Shown here: in pieces, positions 51,961-64,000 of the stretch
Numbering within the stretch: the first letter of the stretch is position 1
Layout of the letters: each line of letters opens with the position of its first letter
Origin: Squalus acanthias
Taxonomy: Eukaryota
Assembly: GCA_030390025.1 (NCBI GenBank)
Contig: CM059438.1
Location: 71,116,001-71,180,000 of the forward strand
Length of the DNA stretch: 64,000 bases
Direction: 5' to 3'
Made by a program: the position numbers and the translations under genes
Notes under the pieces: model-generated
Told to the model about the DNA's origin: nothing
Seen by the model: only the letters and a program-made list of their open reading frames with translations
Databases searched by the model: none

Positions 51961-54900
51961 ATATTTCCCATTTGAGCCGATGTGGTCTCATTGAAATCCA
52001 CTACCAACTCCTCCCACACCCATGACGCCTAGGTTAGGGAAGCTATTCATTCACATCCTCTTGTTTCTCTGCCACTCCGGACAGCCTGCCTATCAAATCC
52101 ATCTATTTCTCATCCAGTTTTGATAGGCTCAACCCATTCATCAGTCTGGCACTGCTAATACCTAATTTCAAGATCTGGATTTAAATCTTGTCCATTACGA
52201 GATATGGCATATGATAGCAATATTAATAACACTTAATAATGTATTACATCCTGTGATTCACTGTAGTTGTGGGAAATATTAATTGTGCTAGTAAAAAATG
52301 GCTGCATATTTACTTCAATTATGAAATGTTCATCAGTCCTTAAGGTTATCTTAAATGTTCTTACTCTGCATATGTTAAGTAACCCACACGTGTAATTGCT
52401 AATGTGACAGATGGTTTTGCTTGTGACATGTTAAGTAATTCACGTGGGTATAATTATGGGATGCATATGATACTCTCATGACGGTAATTATGAATGAATA
52501 TTGCTGGGACAGTGAACTCTTTTCTACTGTTAAACATTTTGCAGCTTCCTGAATGAAGATGAGCAGAGCTCTCTATGTATATTTCAACATGCACGTGCAG
52601 AGGTCTGCTTTTGCTTGATTACAATGCGGTACAAGTAGGGCAGTGGGACTTGGTGGTGCTGCTGCTCAAAACAGCCTAAGGCAGGAGCCAGTGTCACACT
52701 GGTATCTCCAGTATAAAGACGCCGTTAGTAACTTGGGAAACAAAATTTGCTGAAAGACTTGAACTTCAGCAATTGTCACTTTAAATTGACCCGCTAGAAA
52801 TAAAGCTTGGCGTCAAATGTGAAACCTTGTCATCGTCGATTCCTACAGCTTTTCTGCCGACATGAAACATTTTGAAATCGATTAATACGAATCTGTCACT
52901 CTTTCCAGTGACTGCTACTGCCATTTTCTGGTGATTTGAATTGCCTTGTCCACTTAGAGGACCCATTCAACACTTACACCTGACAAGAGTGACAAAAATA
53001 GGGAGGAGAAAGTGCCTACATGAATCGCCTGTGTAGAGTGACAGTGGACGGCACTTTATAATAAGAATAGAGACATCAAATCCAGAAATGAAAGGGGCTC
53101 GTAGGAAAGATGTGGAAGTGGAGAACAAAAGTGACAATGTGGGAGAGAGTGAGGCCAAACAAAAGGTGTTTTTAAAGGCCAAAGTCCGGTGGGAAAAAAA
53201 TTACAAATCTCAAAAGCACTTCAACGTCAGTAAAAATAAAGATAGCGCTGATTAAGAGCTCATCACCTTAATGTAATTTGTTGGCCTCATAGCTCACTAA
53301 GTGCATTAGAATGGCCAATGGACTTTGCCTCAGACAAAATTTGGTCATACATCAAAGACAACCAAGAGATTTAAAGCAACAGGGCAAAGGTTGCAATGAA
53401 AATGCTGTGGATAAGCTCACTGATATTAAACAATTACACAAAAGTGAGCAACATGAAATGTCTAATCCTTAAACTTGTATTAAAGGATTACTTCATGTTA
53501 GCAATAGAAAGTGCCAATGAAGCAAATCTAATTCTACTGCTATTGCCCCATAAAAGATTAAGTGAAATTAATTTCAAAAAGTATTTATGCCAAGTTCATT
53601 ATTTTGAACCCATGCCAGGGGCGTAATCAGCAGAAAGTGGCAGGTTTACTACCATATTTGGCCCTGAACCTGACCCCAGATCATTTCTGGGGTCAGGTTC
53701 TGATTTTTTTTCTTTCTTTAAACCAAAGTGTAGCATAAACAGCTCCTTTACCATGCTATGTAATGCCGTACTTTAGAGAAGTGATATCCTTAAGAGCAGC
53801 TGATATCACTGTTCTAGAAATTCTACCTCCCCTCATAGCCGTTCAAACAATAAGTGAGCCACAACTTTTATTTCTACAGCACTTCTCACGTACAGAGAGT
53901 TGTCTCAAAGTGCTTTACAAGGTGGAGAGAAAAAACAGAAGATGTCCAGCTGGAGGGAACAGAGGAAGAGAGTAGAAAACATTTGGGAAAGGGTAAAGAC
54001 ACGACTTAAGGATTTTGAGGTAACTGCTGAATTGTTACTGAGATTGTGAGATGTTGCCAAGAACATGTCAGACAAAAGGAGAGAAAACTGAAATCTGTAA
54101 TCCTAACATTCACAATGCAAGTGTTACCTGGAGGCTGATGAGGAAAATGTGTCCTTTTACTAGATCATCACTCTCCAGGGGTGAGGCTATGATTGCACAG
54201 CTACTGTGTAATGGCACTTTGTCAACAGTCAGCTCCCTGCTGAAGTGATCTTATCACTGATTATTTTAAGTGGGCTCCAGTGTATTCCATGATTCTGTAT
54301 AGATCTTTGATACCACTATTATCACTGGGTTAAACTGATAACAATTCTATGAAAACAGAACTGAAGTAAAAGTCAACTAAATGTACCACTATAAGCCTCT
54401 GTAGCATGTAGATTGATACTAAGATAGGCCTATTGTTCATTTGAAAGCATTCTGCCTTCAATAGTCTGTGTACAAATCAAGGTAATGCAATAGAATCCTT
54501 AGGCACCATAATGAGACTGCCTTCCCTACATCATCTCTACATAAACTTGCTTCCTGTTGACTAACAGAAAAAGTTTCAGATAAGAAGTACAACAGAATAC
54601 AACCGAAACCTAAGGGCATGTTTTTATACATTTTAATAGAAAATGGGTTGCTTATAAAAGTCCAAAGCTGAAAGGTTAAAATTCGAAAACTGACACCTCA
54701 CATTATTATCCAAATCTATTGCTGCCTGTTTGTCTTCGACCAGTGGGTAGAAGAAGCCTATGGACTATGGCTGAGATTCTAACCCCATGACATGATTCGT
54801 GAGACACAAGGGGAAAAACAAAAAGTGATAATAAGAGTGAAAGTAATTATTTTCCCGATATTCCATTTTTAAATCTCACAAAGAATCCATTGCTTTTGGA

Positions 54901-55394
54901 GCTGAGAAAGGAACAGGAGGAACAAGACAACAAGCAAGACAGAGGGTGTTAGACTGGTGTTGAAATATATGGGGCTTGAAATCTATACAGCCTAAATTCA
55001 AAGATACTGGTGGCTTTTCGGAGGCTTGAGCACGTGGAAGAATCTGAATCCAGTATTTTTCACCTCCATCCAAAGTTTCGATTTGGCTTTCCTAATGATG
55101 CAGGCACTTTCAAAGACAGCTTCAAGTGTTGTCCTTCACAATATCTATGGCTGGACCTTGCTGGAAGGGACAGAAACAGCATCCAAAATCAAAAAAGCTC
55201 AAACTCAGCAGAAAATCAGCACAGGTCTGAATGGGCCAACTTCAGATTCAGAAACAACTTTGAACCTTAAGAGCAGGCAGCAATATTCTTTGCTTGCCAG
55301 ATTCAAATAAAACTCTGATAAAACCAACTCCATATCATTTTGAGAGTTTTTTTTTAAGCATTTGGACATCTGAATTTCCTCTTAATTCAAAGTA

Positions 55395-55835
55395 AAAAGA
55401 CTTACATTTACATTACCCCTTATCACACATCTCAGAAACACCTCAAAGTGCTTCACGATTTAAAAAAAAATCCAGTCACTGTTGTTATGTAGGGAAATGC
55501 AGCAGTAATTCTGCACACAGCAAGATACCACCGACAGCAATGTGATGAGTGGGTCTGTTCTTGATGATTTTGATTGGGGGAGGGGATTGTTGACCAAGAC
55601 ACCAAGAGAACCTCCTGCTCTTCTTGCAGTAGTGCAACAGGATCTTTAACACTCACCAGAACCGGCACACAGAGCCTTGGTTTGTTGTCTCATCCAAAGG
55701 ATACCATCTCTGACAATGCAGCACTCCCTCGGTACTGTACTGGAATGTCAATCTAGATAATGAGCTCAGGTCCTGGAGGGGTGCTTGAATCCAAAAGTTT
55801 CTGACTCAGAGGCAGTAGTTCCATCAACTGAGCCT
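55395..55835 (-). mobile_element. Diverged DeuSINE-type SINE
   Basis: Colinear with 5801-6235 (gcagcactccctc...ctgactcagaggc...actgagcc). Confidence 0.7.
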
Positions 55836-56815
55836 AGCTAATTCATGCGCAAGGTGCCTATATGTACAAATGCTTCTTTTTTTTTAACCAACGCGCAGAA
55901 AGAATCCTTAAAATTCTTGGATAGTCCACTATTTTCTCGGTGAACAGCTTGCCTCGACACGCCACTTGTAAAGAATGAAATAATAAATAAAAGCCCCAAC
56001 ATTGCCTACCATCAGCAAATATACACCAACATCTTGTTGCTAAAATCTTTTTTCTTAATCCTAGCAGAAGTTCCATGACAGTAAAAGAGCGGAGATCTTG
56101 ATAACACAAACCACTTTGCCAATCTCCACAAATTCCCTGTTCACTAGATTTGACTGTACTGGTTTCAAAGATCTTAATAACATTGTGTTGGAACACATTT
56201 GATATCCTGTGATCTCAATTCCCAAACCCTATTTTTTAACACTAATGTGTTGAGACAGTATCTCTCTTCAAAACTATATATTTTTTTTCAATTTTAGAAT
56301 GGGATTATATGTCCAAAAAAAGTCAATTACATTTTACAACATTCTCCCAGATGAACTGATGTTAAAGGGCTTGAAAAAGGTATGGCTTTTTCATCTGCAA
56401 GTGTGTGAATTGATGTTGTCCATTGAAAAACAAGGTTCCAATTGATTGCTGTTGCTTATTAAGCATGAAACAGCACTGATAAGAACACACAAATATTACT
56501 CTCACCTAGCAACAAGATCTTCCATGCAGCCATTCAATCTCTTCAAGGTAAAGAACTAAAGCATGGTTATATATTGCCAGAAAAAAGTGCGACTAAACCT
56601 CCCAAAAAGGCTGTGCGCAGCCACTTGGAACAGTTACTTCATAGTAAGAAAGAAAGAAATACGTGGATGAAAAGAAAATTGGATAATTTCCTTACTTTCA
56701 AAAGTATTATTTTTAAAGCGTTTACTTCCAGAGGCATTTATTTGAACTGAGCCTCAAGATATATACATTTCATAGTAATTATTCAATGACGATTGAATAT
56801 GATTACTAATACTAC

Positions 56816-57866
56816 CTGTAGGTTGAATTGGGGTCAAAACAAGTCTTTGTTACATCAGTCACCACTGGATTGCAGCAATCACCTTCATCAAAATTGTACA
56901 GTTCTTCATTGCATTCCATATCACACACCCCATCTCCTTTTTTCTTTTGCGAAGGTGAACGCCTCAGTGGTTTACAATCTCCACCATCGTTTCCTGTCAG
57001 TGTGTGGTCACATTCCAAGTCACAGTCCCCATTCCCTATTTTACTTATATCACAATTGGCCAAAATAAGACGATTTCTCAGAGAGGAATTTTTGACATCC
57101 AAAACTGTAAGATCCCAGGTGATGTTATACCTATGAAAGGCATTGTTTAAGTGCTGATGCTGAAGTTCTATTTGTTCTCTTGTAACAGTAGGTTTTTGAT
57201 GATTGTCATCATAGACATTGATAACCCTGTAGCGGACAGTCTTTAGCTTGCGAAAGTTGAAGAGTTTATTGTAGCTTGTTATGACTTCGACGTTATCACA
57301 GACAGTTTGGCCACAAGGAGGGGGTTCCAGATTGGTACTTGATAACCAGCTGTTATGATGCTTTGGTTCCTTTTGGGGGTATTTGCTATACTTTACAGTT
57401 AGCCAGTGACTCTCCACATCCTCAAAGTTGTCATGAAGGACTAGCTCATTGTCTTTCTGAGCAATGTGTTTCATTCCTTGGATTATTTTCGCCTGAATTC
57501 TTCCTTCACTCCACAAACTAAAATCAGCCATGTAGCCACGGTAGTTCTGATTCTGGAAATTTCCGCCAAGCATTAGTGCTTTGCACTTTTTGCTCAAAGG
57601 GCTGAAGATATCACCTACTTGTTCACTGCTCACAGCCACTTGTGCTCCATTGACATACAGCTTCATTTTACGTCCATCATACGTAACTGCCAAATGTGCC
57701 CACTGGTTAGCGTGGTATTTCTGGTGGGCTGTGATGGTGGTCATTTTACGAGCTCTATCTGTTTTTAGAGAGAAGAAGAATCGTGGGTCTCTGTTACCCA
57801 AGTCACTCACGGACTGAATCCCAAGAGCCCATCCTCTGGATGAAGAAGAACATTTGTCGTAAAGTC
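56816..57866 (-). CDS. PAPPA: PAPPA exon 2 (LamG-like domain C-terminal part, start of protease domain, LNR1 and LNR2)
   Basis: Acceptor ggatgtag|GA CTT TAC GAC (GLYDKC...) and donor ACC TAC AG|gtagta. Encodes FFSLKTDRAR...PPPCGQTVCDN...CDISKIGNGDCDLEC...CDMECN...TKTCFDP. 1051 nt, phase 1 to 2. Confidence 0.96.
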
Positions 57867-60761
57867 CTACATCCAAGAAACATAAAAGGCTGTAAGATGT
57901 TTTGAAAGAAAGCTTTTCATACATTATTATGACTCATAGCACAACCGTAGAAGTAATATTGGGGGACATACATTTACATAACATTTAATGAACTAGAAAT
58001 TCTGCTGTTCTAGGCTTGTACAGCATAGTATTGTCAAACAGAAACATTTAATTGTCTTTGTAAATTTGAAATTCCAAATATACCCAATGCGAGCTACCAC
58101 CCTCCTCCCAAAAAATATGTCTATTGTGCATTGTTATCCTGTGAGGTGCAATGTGTTCTCAACATCTGAATCACTGTTATACAGAGCGGTGGTTAGTTTA
58201 AGAAAAGAGAGTTTGGGCAGGCCATAAAGTGAACTGGATTTTTAAAAATGTAAATTCATTTTGCACACTTATTTTTTTTTTAAAAGCATGTCGCTTTTTA
58301 CTTAAAAACAGAGGCCATCTGCTAACAATCAGTCATTAGTAGTATGGTCTAATGTCAACAGAGTAAAGGTTACGTGAACATTTCGTTATATTTTCTTGAA
58401 ATTTACCTCACTGATGGGAAAGTGAAAATCAAAATGGTACGTTTCTGCAAAATGTTATTTTCCTAGGGGCTCTCAAATCCCCTTTTCCTGTTTCCTTTGG
58501 AAAGCAGATGTCAAGTTCAGGAAGGTAATGTGTTTATACATATGAAGGAAACTTTCGTACAATCAAAAAAAAAGCTCGAGTATACTAGTTAAAAAATCAT
58601 GGAGTATTGACTACAAGTACTGTTATGCTTGTCTAGGTCATTTTAAATATAGTCCTTGCATACTCATGTAAAAGCCTTTGATCTGTTTAGACATGGCAGT
58701 GCTAAAATGCCCAGTGTTGCAAAATCTCAGATGTCTCAGATTTAAAAATAACTGTTCATACTCTAGCGTTAATTTTCTGCACTGAATAAAATCGATCAAG
58801 TAAATGCCAAATTATAAATGCCCAAGTAAATAAGCTAAAGACAACTCAATTCTGTTTGACAGTATACGTACCTAAAGCACGAGTGAAAGAATGCAAGCCT
58901 CCTTCAACACAATTACTTCATCAAATAATTTAATGAGGTATTTCGGAAGAAAAGCAACAGAAGAGAACTGTAATCCTAATTTCTTCTAACGTTTCAGCAG
59001 CCTTGGCCTCTCTTGCTCTTGACATTGATTTGCTTCCTTAGCTACGCATTGCACAAGCAATAGAGACCCCCTATTCCCAGGGCTGTGAAATTCAACATGA
59101 CATGAACTGGTCTTGTGTTGCGGCTTTCTGTAATGCCTCTGGTTTTAGTCATTATTATTTTTAGCCTTTATAATGTATTACAAATACAAAAAAATAAATC
59201 TGAAAAGCACTGCATTTATTGAGGTAAATTTGATCCCATTGTAAATCTTCGAGGCCCCTCAGACAGCTCAGGATTATTGACGTGTCAAATATACTAAAAT
59301 CGCTGGCCTACAGAAAGGGCATTTCACATTAAAACAGCAATTTATAGGGAACTTAGCTGAGAGACAGCATTGTCAAACAGTAAACAACCACGCGAGATAA
59401 TGCCTCGAAGCATGTGACTGAGTCTTTGTATCATATGCTTAGACAATACAGAACTCCCAATATTAGCAAACATGAACATTTTTAATAGCATCTCATATCT
59501 ACTCTGGTCTTCCTTGTCTGATCTTGTTCTCCTGTTCTGGCTATCTTTCACTTCAATACTGTAACTCTGTAACTCTACTGCTGCAGTATCCTTGGCACCC
59601 TGCGCACATATCAGGAATCACTAATGTAAGGTAATAGTTGACACATCCTGATTTAACACAAGCTGTGTCTTTTGGAAATCAAAGAGTGCTGCAATTCCTA
59701 CACTTGGATCTCACTACAAACTCTTTCAGTGTTTTTGCATGTCTGCTTAGAGTCAAGAGTCAAGAACCAAGCACATATGATGGGGGTCATTCTTTGCATC
59801 AATCATAAGTGCTCGAAACGGATAAGCAAATTAAATCTACTTTCCAGTAGTTATGAGTTTAAGGGAAATGACTGCCCACCCCTACATCAAGTCAATTGAA
59901 CTGTGAGAGTCCTGGGTCTGAACATTCAGAAAATAAATATTTCATCTGATGATTTATAAAGGGAAATGAGTGCGAGTATCTGACTCAAATATTTATGAGC
60001 AAGTAACCACTACAGTAAATGACTAGTGCTTGCTTACTGGCACAACTCTTTGGTAGCAACCTAATGTTAGTCCTTTTAGAATAGATTACTTAGAAGGGAC
60101 CAATGCAAATGTGAATAGATTAATCTTTCACTTTCCTACCACCCTCGCTGTGTTGAAATCAGGAATCATTGCACTGTCCCTGACTTTACTTTATTCTTTC
60201 CCAGGACCGCAAACCTTTGAAGTCCTTGCCTTCCTCACTCTTCCTTTCCTCCTGCAGTTTTCACGGTTTCAACATCCAAGATTAGTGGGACTACTTCCTA
60301 ACCAACTTATCTTGTCTTACTCTTTTCAAACTTGGTGGCAGACTCCACTATCAACTTAGGCTGCTCAATTTAAAAAAAAAATAACAATTCCATATTACTA
60401 TCTTTTTATAGTTGCCATAATCTTCATGAGAATAGGAAGCTGCGAATTTTCTGGAGAGAGCAGGTAGTGGTATCAGTATTAAGGGAATGAACATCTAGCA
60501 CTGTAAGTGGAAGTTCTCCCCACTATGTAACGTAATGACTCATTTATTATTGTGTTTATCTTATTAAGCAAAGTAAGCACACATTTTTGTCAATTAAGTT
60601 AAAGATATCTAAAGGAACTTTTATTATTATTTGTGTTTAGCTGCCATATTTCCATTTAATACTGGGGTCAATTCTATGCTCCAAAGCCCCCCCCCGCATG
60701 AAGTGGCAATCATGTGGCGCACATCTCTGGATATCACGGCATGAGATCAACTAATAGAGCA

Positions 60762-61145
60762 AAGCCCAGGAATGGGGCTGTTTTTGTTAGAACAGAGGAG
60801 ATTGCAGGGTGATTTAATAGAGGTGTCTAAAGTGATGGAGAGGGTAAAGAGAAACAAACGGCTTGCAGAATGAGGGGACAGTATGAGATTAAGTGGAAGA
60901 GATTTATGACAGCGAGCAGGAGAAACTTTTTTTACACAGAGGGTTGCGAGGCTGTGGAACACACTTCTGGAGTTAGTGATTGAAACAAAGACTGTGTCAA
61001 CACTAAAGAATAGGTGGTTGAAGGAAAGGGGAATGAGGGGAATAGAGTGGGCACATGGGATTAGGACTACTGCTTGTGTGGAAGATACACACCAACACGG
61101 ACTGGTTGGGCCAAACAGCCTGTTTCTGGGTTATAATTTCTATGT
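60762..61145 (+). mobile_element. CR1 3' fragment
   Basis: LEQRRLQGDLIEV...FFTQRVARLWN plus 3' UTR. Confidence 0.8.
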
Positions 61146-61170
61146 AAAAAGAGAAAGAACTTGTATTTAT

Positions 61171-63407
61171 AAGTATAGAAATGTAGTGGTCAGTGAGTCC
61201 CACATGGTGTGTTGCCTCCCTGGTGCCAAATTAAAGGACATCACTGAGAGTGTGCAGAACATTTTGAGGGGGGAAGGGAAACAGTCAGAAGTCGTGGTCC
61301 ACGTGGGAACCAATGACATAGGAAGGAAAAGAGTTGAGATCCTGAAGTCAGAGTTTCAGGAGCTAGGGAAGAAATTAAAGAGCAGGACCTCAAAGGTAGT
61401 AATCTCTGGATTACTCCCAGTGCCACGCGCTAGTGAGTATAGGAAGAGTAATGCGTGGCTGGAGAAATGGTGCAGGAGTGAGGGCTTCAGATTCCTGGGG
61501 CATTGGGAACAGTTCTGGGGCAGGATGGACCTGTTCAAGATGGATAGGTTGCACTTCAACAGAGCTGGGACCAATGTCCTCACGGGGAGGTTAACTAGTG
61601 CTATGTGGAAGGGTTTAAACTTATTTGTAGGGGGCTGGGCACCAGGATGAAACATTAGAGAGGAGAAACAAGATGCACAGGGACTGGGAGAGACAAATAG
61701 CATTAGAGTAATGAATAATTCAGAAATATGAGGGATCAGTCAGGGGGAAAGGCGAGGCAGTCTAAGCTCGGTTTGGCGTGCATGTGCATAAGTACACGTA
61801 GCATGGTAAATAATGTTGGTGAGCTGCAGGCACAAGTCGTCACCTCGGTCTATGATATAGTAGCAATAACAGAGACCTAGTTCAAAGGAAAGGAGGATGG
61901 GTAAGTAATTATCCCTGGCTACAAGGCATTCAGGAAAGATAGGGAAAGGAAAAAAGGGATGAAGTAGTTGAAGGGTCAAAGGCAGAATCTATTTGGTTAG
62001 AATTAAGGAACAATAGAGGAGCTATTACGTGACTGGGTGTATAATATAGGCCATCTAATAGTGGGAAGGAGATAGAGGAGCTAATTTGCAAGCAAATTAC
62101 AGAACGATACAAGAACCATAGAGTTGTGATAATGGGGCACTTCAATTATTCTAATATATACTGGCATAGTAACAGTGTAAAGGGTAAAGAGGACGAGGAA
62201 TTCCTGAAATGTGTACAAGAGAACTTTCTTTATCAGTATGTTTCTAGCCCAATGCGGAAGGAAGCAGTGCTGGATCTGGTTCTGGGGAATGAAGTGGGCC
62301 AAGTAGAGCATGTTTCAGTTGGGGAGCATTTGGAGAAAAGTGATCATTATATTAATATGTTTAGAATAGTTATGGAAAAGGACAAGCTTTAAAATACTTA
62401 ACTGGAGGAGGGCTAATTTCAAGTGAGTTGGAAAGGGATCTGGCCCAGGTGGATTGGAATCAAAAATTGGTGGGCAAAACAGTAATTGAACAATGGGAGG
62501 CTTTCAAAGAGGAGATGGTTTCGATACACGGTAGACACATTCCCACAAGGGGGAAAGGAGGGACTTCCAAAGCTAGAGGCCCCTGGATGACTAAAGATAT
62601 AGAGATTAAAATGAAACAGAAAAAGGAAGCTTATGAAAAATGTAAGGTTCATAATACAGTAAAGAACCAAGCTGAATACAGAAAGTACAAAGGAGATCTA
62701 AAAAAGGGAATAGGAGGGGCAAAGATAGAGTATGAGAATAGATTAGCGGGTAACATAAAAGGGAAGCCAATAATCTTTTATAAACATATAAATAGTAAAA
62801 GGGTAGTCAGAGGGTGGGGCCAATTAGGGACCAAAAAGAGATCTTCTTGTGGAGGCAGAGGACATGGTTGAGGTACTAAATGAGTACTTTGCATCTGAAT
62901 TCACTAAAGAAGACGATGCTGTCAATGTAGCAGAAAAGGAGGAGGTAGTAGCAATATTGGATAGGATAAAAATAGATAAAGAGCAGGTACTTAAAAGGTT
63001 AGCAGTGCTCAAGGTAGCAAAGTCACTCCTTAAAGCAGAGAACATTAAGAGAATATTTACTAGAGGTGTTCAAAATCATGAACAGTTTTGATAGAGTAAA
63101 TAAGAAGAAACCGTTTCTAGTGGCAGAAGGCAGAGGGCTCAGATTTAAGGTGATTGGCAAAAGAACCAGAGGCAAAATGAGGAACTTTTTTTTACATAGC
63201 GAGTTGTTGTGATCTGGAATGCACTGCCTGAAAGAGTGGTGGAAGCAGATTCAATAGTAACTTTCAAAATCGAATTGGATAAATGCTTGGAAGGGAAAAA
63301 ATTTGCAGGTCTATGAGGAAAGAGCAGGGGAATGGGACTAATTGGATAGCTCTACCAAATAGCCAGCATGGGCTCCTTCTGTGCTGTATCATTCTATGAT
63401 TCAATGA
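61171..63407 (+). mobile_element. CR1 LINE with ORF1 SGNH-esterase remnant and ORF2 endonuclease, RT internally deleted, inserted into a SINE tail
   Basis: CLPGA...VVVHVGTND...DRLHFN (SGNH blocks II, III, V). APE motifs IMGHFNY, LDLVLGN and SDH. Jumps from VLKRLAVLKVAKS directly to the ORF2 C-terminus. The host SINE reads cttgtatttata|...|tagc.ttttcatgacctcagg. Confidence 0.88.
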
Positions 63408-63603
63408 TAGCTTTTTTCATGACCTCAGGACATCCCAAAGTGCTTTATAATCAATTAAATACTTTTTAAGTGTAGTTACTGTTGTAATTCTGTGTAGCTG
63501 AGGTCTTCTCTGGTCTTTGTGGCTCACTTTCACAGACTAGTACTACTTTTGCCAACTGTGCCATCAGGAGGCTCGTCAAGAACACTTTCTGAGAAAGTGG
63601 AAT

Positions 63604-63830
63604 AAAAACAGAAAATGCTGGAAACACTCAGCAGGTCAGGCAGCATCTGCAGGGAGAGGCAGTTTGGGTTAACGTTTCAGGTCAATGACCGATCGTCGAT
63701 TTCTGACAAAAGGTCATTAACCTGAAACGTTAACCCAAACTTTCTCTTTCTGCTAATGCTGCCTGACCTGCTGAATGCTTCCCGCATTTTCTGTTTTCAT
63801 TTCAGATTTTCAGCATCTGCAGTATTTTGT
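63604..63830. mobile_element. Head-to-head inverted Penelope-type terminal repeats (~195-bp palindrome) with degenerate hammerhead cores
   Basis: aaaaacagaaaatgctggaaacactcagcaggtcaggcagcat is the inverted counterpart of atgctgcctgacctgctgaatgcttcccgcattttctgtttt. acctgaaacgttaacccaaac occurs on both strands. Confidence 0.8.
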
Positions 63831-64000
63831 CTTTATGAGAAAGTGGATCAGATTATTGCCAATTTGAAATCCTTGGAACACCTCTTACAGTTTGCGAATC
63901 ATATATTTAGTTCTAATTACTCGTGTAAATGTTTCCATGTGGCTGTGCTTTTAATAAGACTTGGAAGCTGACAATACAGGATTTCCCAAAGGTGGAATTT

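Larger units (their letters stand above)
400..57866 (-). other. PAPPA: PAPPA (pappalysin-1) gene body, exons 2-9; the gene extends beyond both window edges
   Basis: Eight exons (1051, 146, 294, 193, 122, 493, 129, 92 nt; total 2520) join in frame with compatible phases and GT-AG sites. [11 protein letters not shown] and [26 protein letters not shown] match PAPPA rather than PAPPA2, which has HEVGHVLGLYH. Confidence 0.96.

Noticed and set aside
54876..55310. Cluster of short overlapping ORFs
   Set aside because: No motifs or homology recognised. Consistent with chance ORFs.
57867..57924. N-terminal extensions of ORF-track ORFs over the PAPPA exons (e.g. MYEKLSFKTSY..., and MCIDTLNG... at 31153-31429)
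   Set aside because: They are intronic read-through upstream of clear splice acceptors. Homology to PAPPA starts exactly at the AG.
59093..59112. Possible p53 site (aacatgacatgaact)
   Set aside because: The flanks do not fit two RRRCWWGYYY half sites.
60976..61650. 224-aa ORF as a host esterase gene
   Set aside because: It spans a CR1 3' fragment, a SINE tail and CR1 ORF1, lacks the GDS serine, and is followed by a broken CR1 endonuclease.

Overview
This is eukaryotic genomic DNA, most likely from a shark or other cartilaginous fish, judged from the CR1/L2/DeuSINE/Penelope repeat landscape. The whole window lies inside a minus-strand pappalysin-1 (PAPPA) gene. Eight coding exons, corresponding to human exons 2-9, splice through GT-AG junctions into one uninterrupted 2,520-nt frame. 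That frame encodes the end of the LamG-like domain, LNR1/2, the metzincin [11 protein letters not shown] zinc site with its Met-turn, and the M1/M2 region. Exons 8 and 9 are missing from the ORF track in the right frame and were found by hand. Exon 1 and exons 10 onward lie outside the window. The introns hold many CR1 and L2 LINE fragments, DeuSINE-type SINEs, a degenerate Vingi-like LINE, a 3-kb LINE with a tRNA/SINE-like head, PIF/Harbinger-type MITEs (one built from several perfect palindromes), and Penelope-type repeats carrying minimal hammerhead-ribozyme motifs. I found no prokaryotic features, CRISPR arrays or bona fide tRNA/rRNA genes, and no convincing wholly new protein-coding system. 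The most unusual signals are in mobile-element architecture and RNA structure. Repeat family names come from recognising motifs by eye, not from a database search, and repeat boundaries are approximate unless TIRs or TSDs are given.
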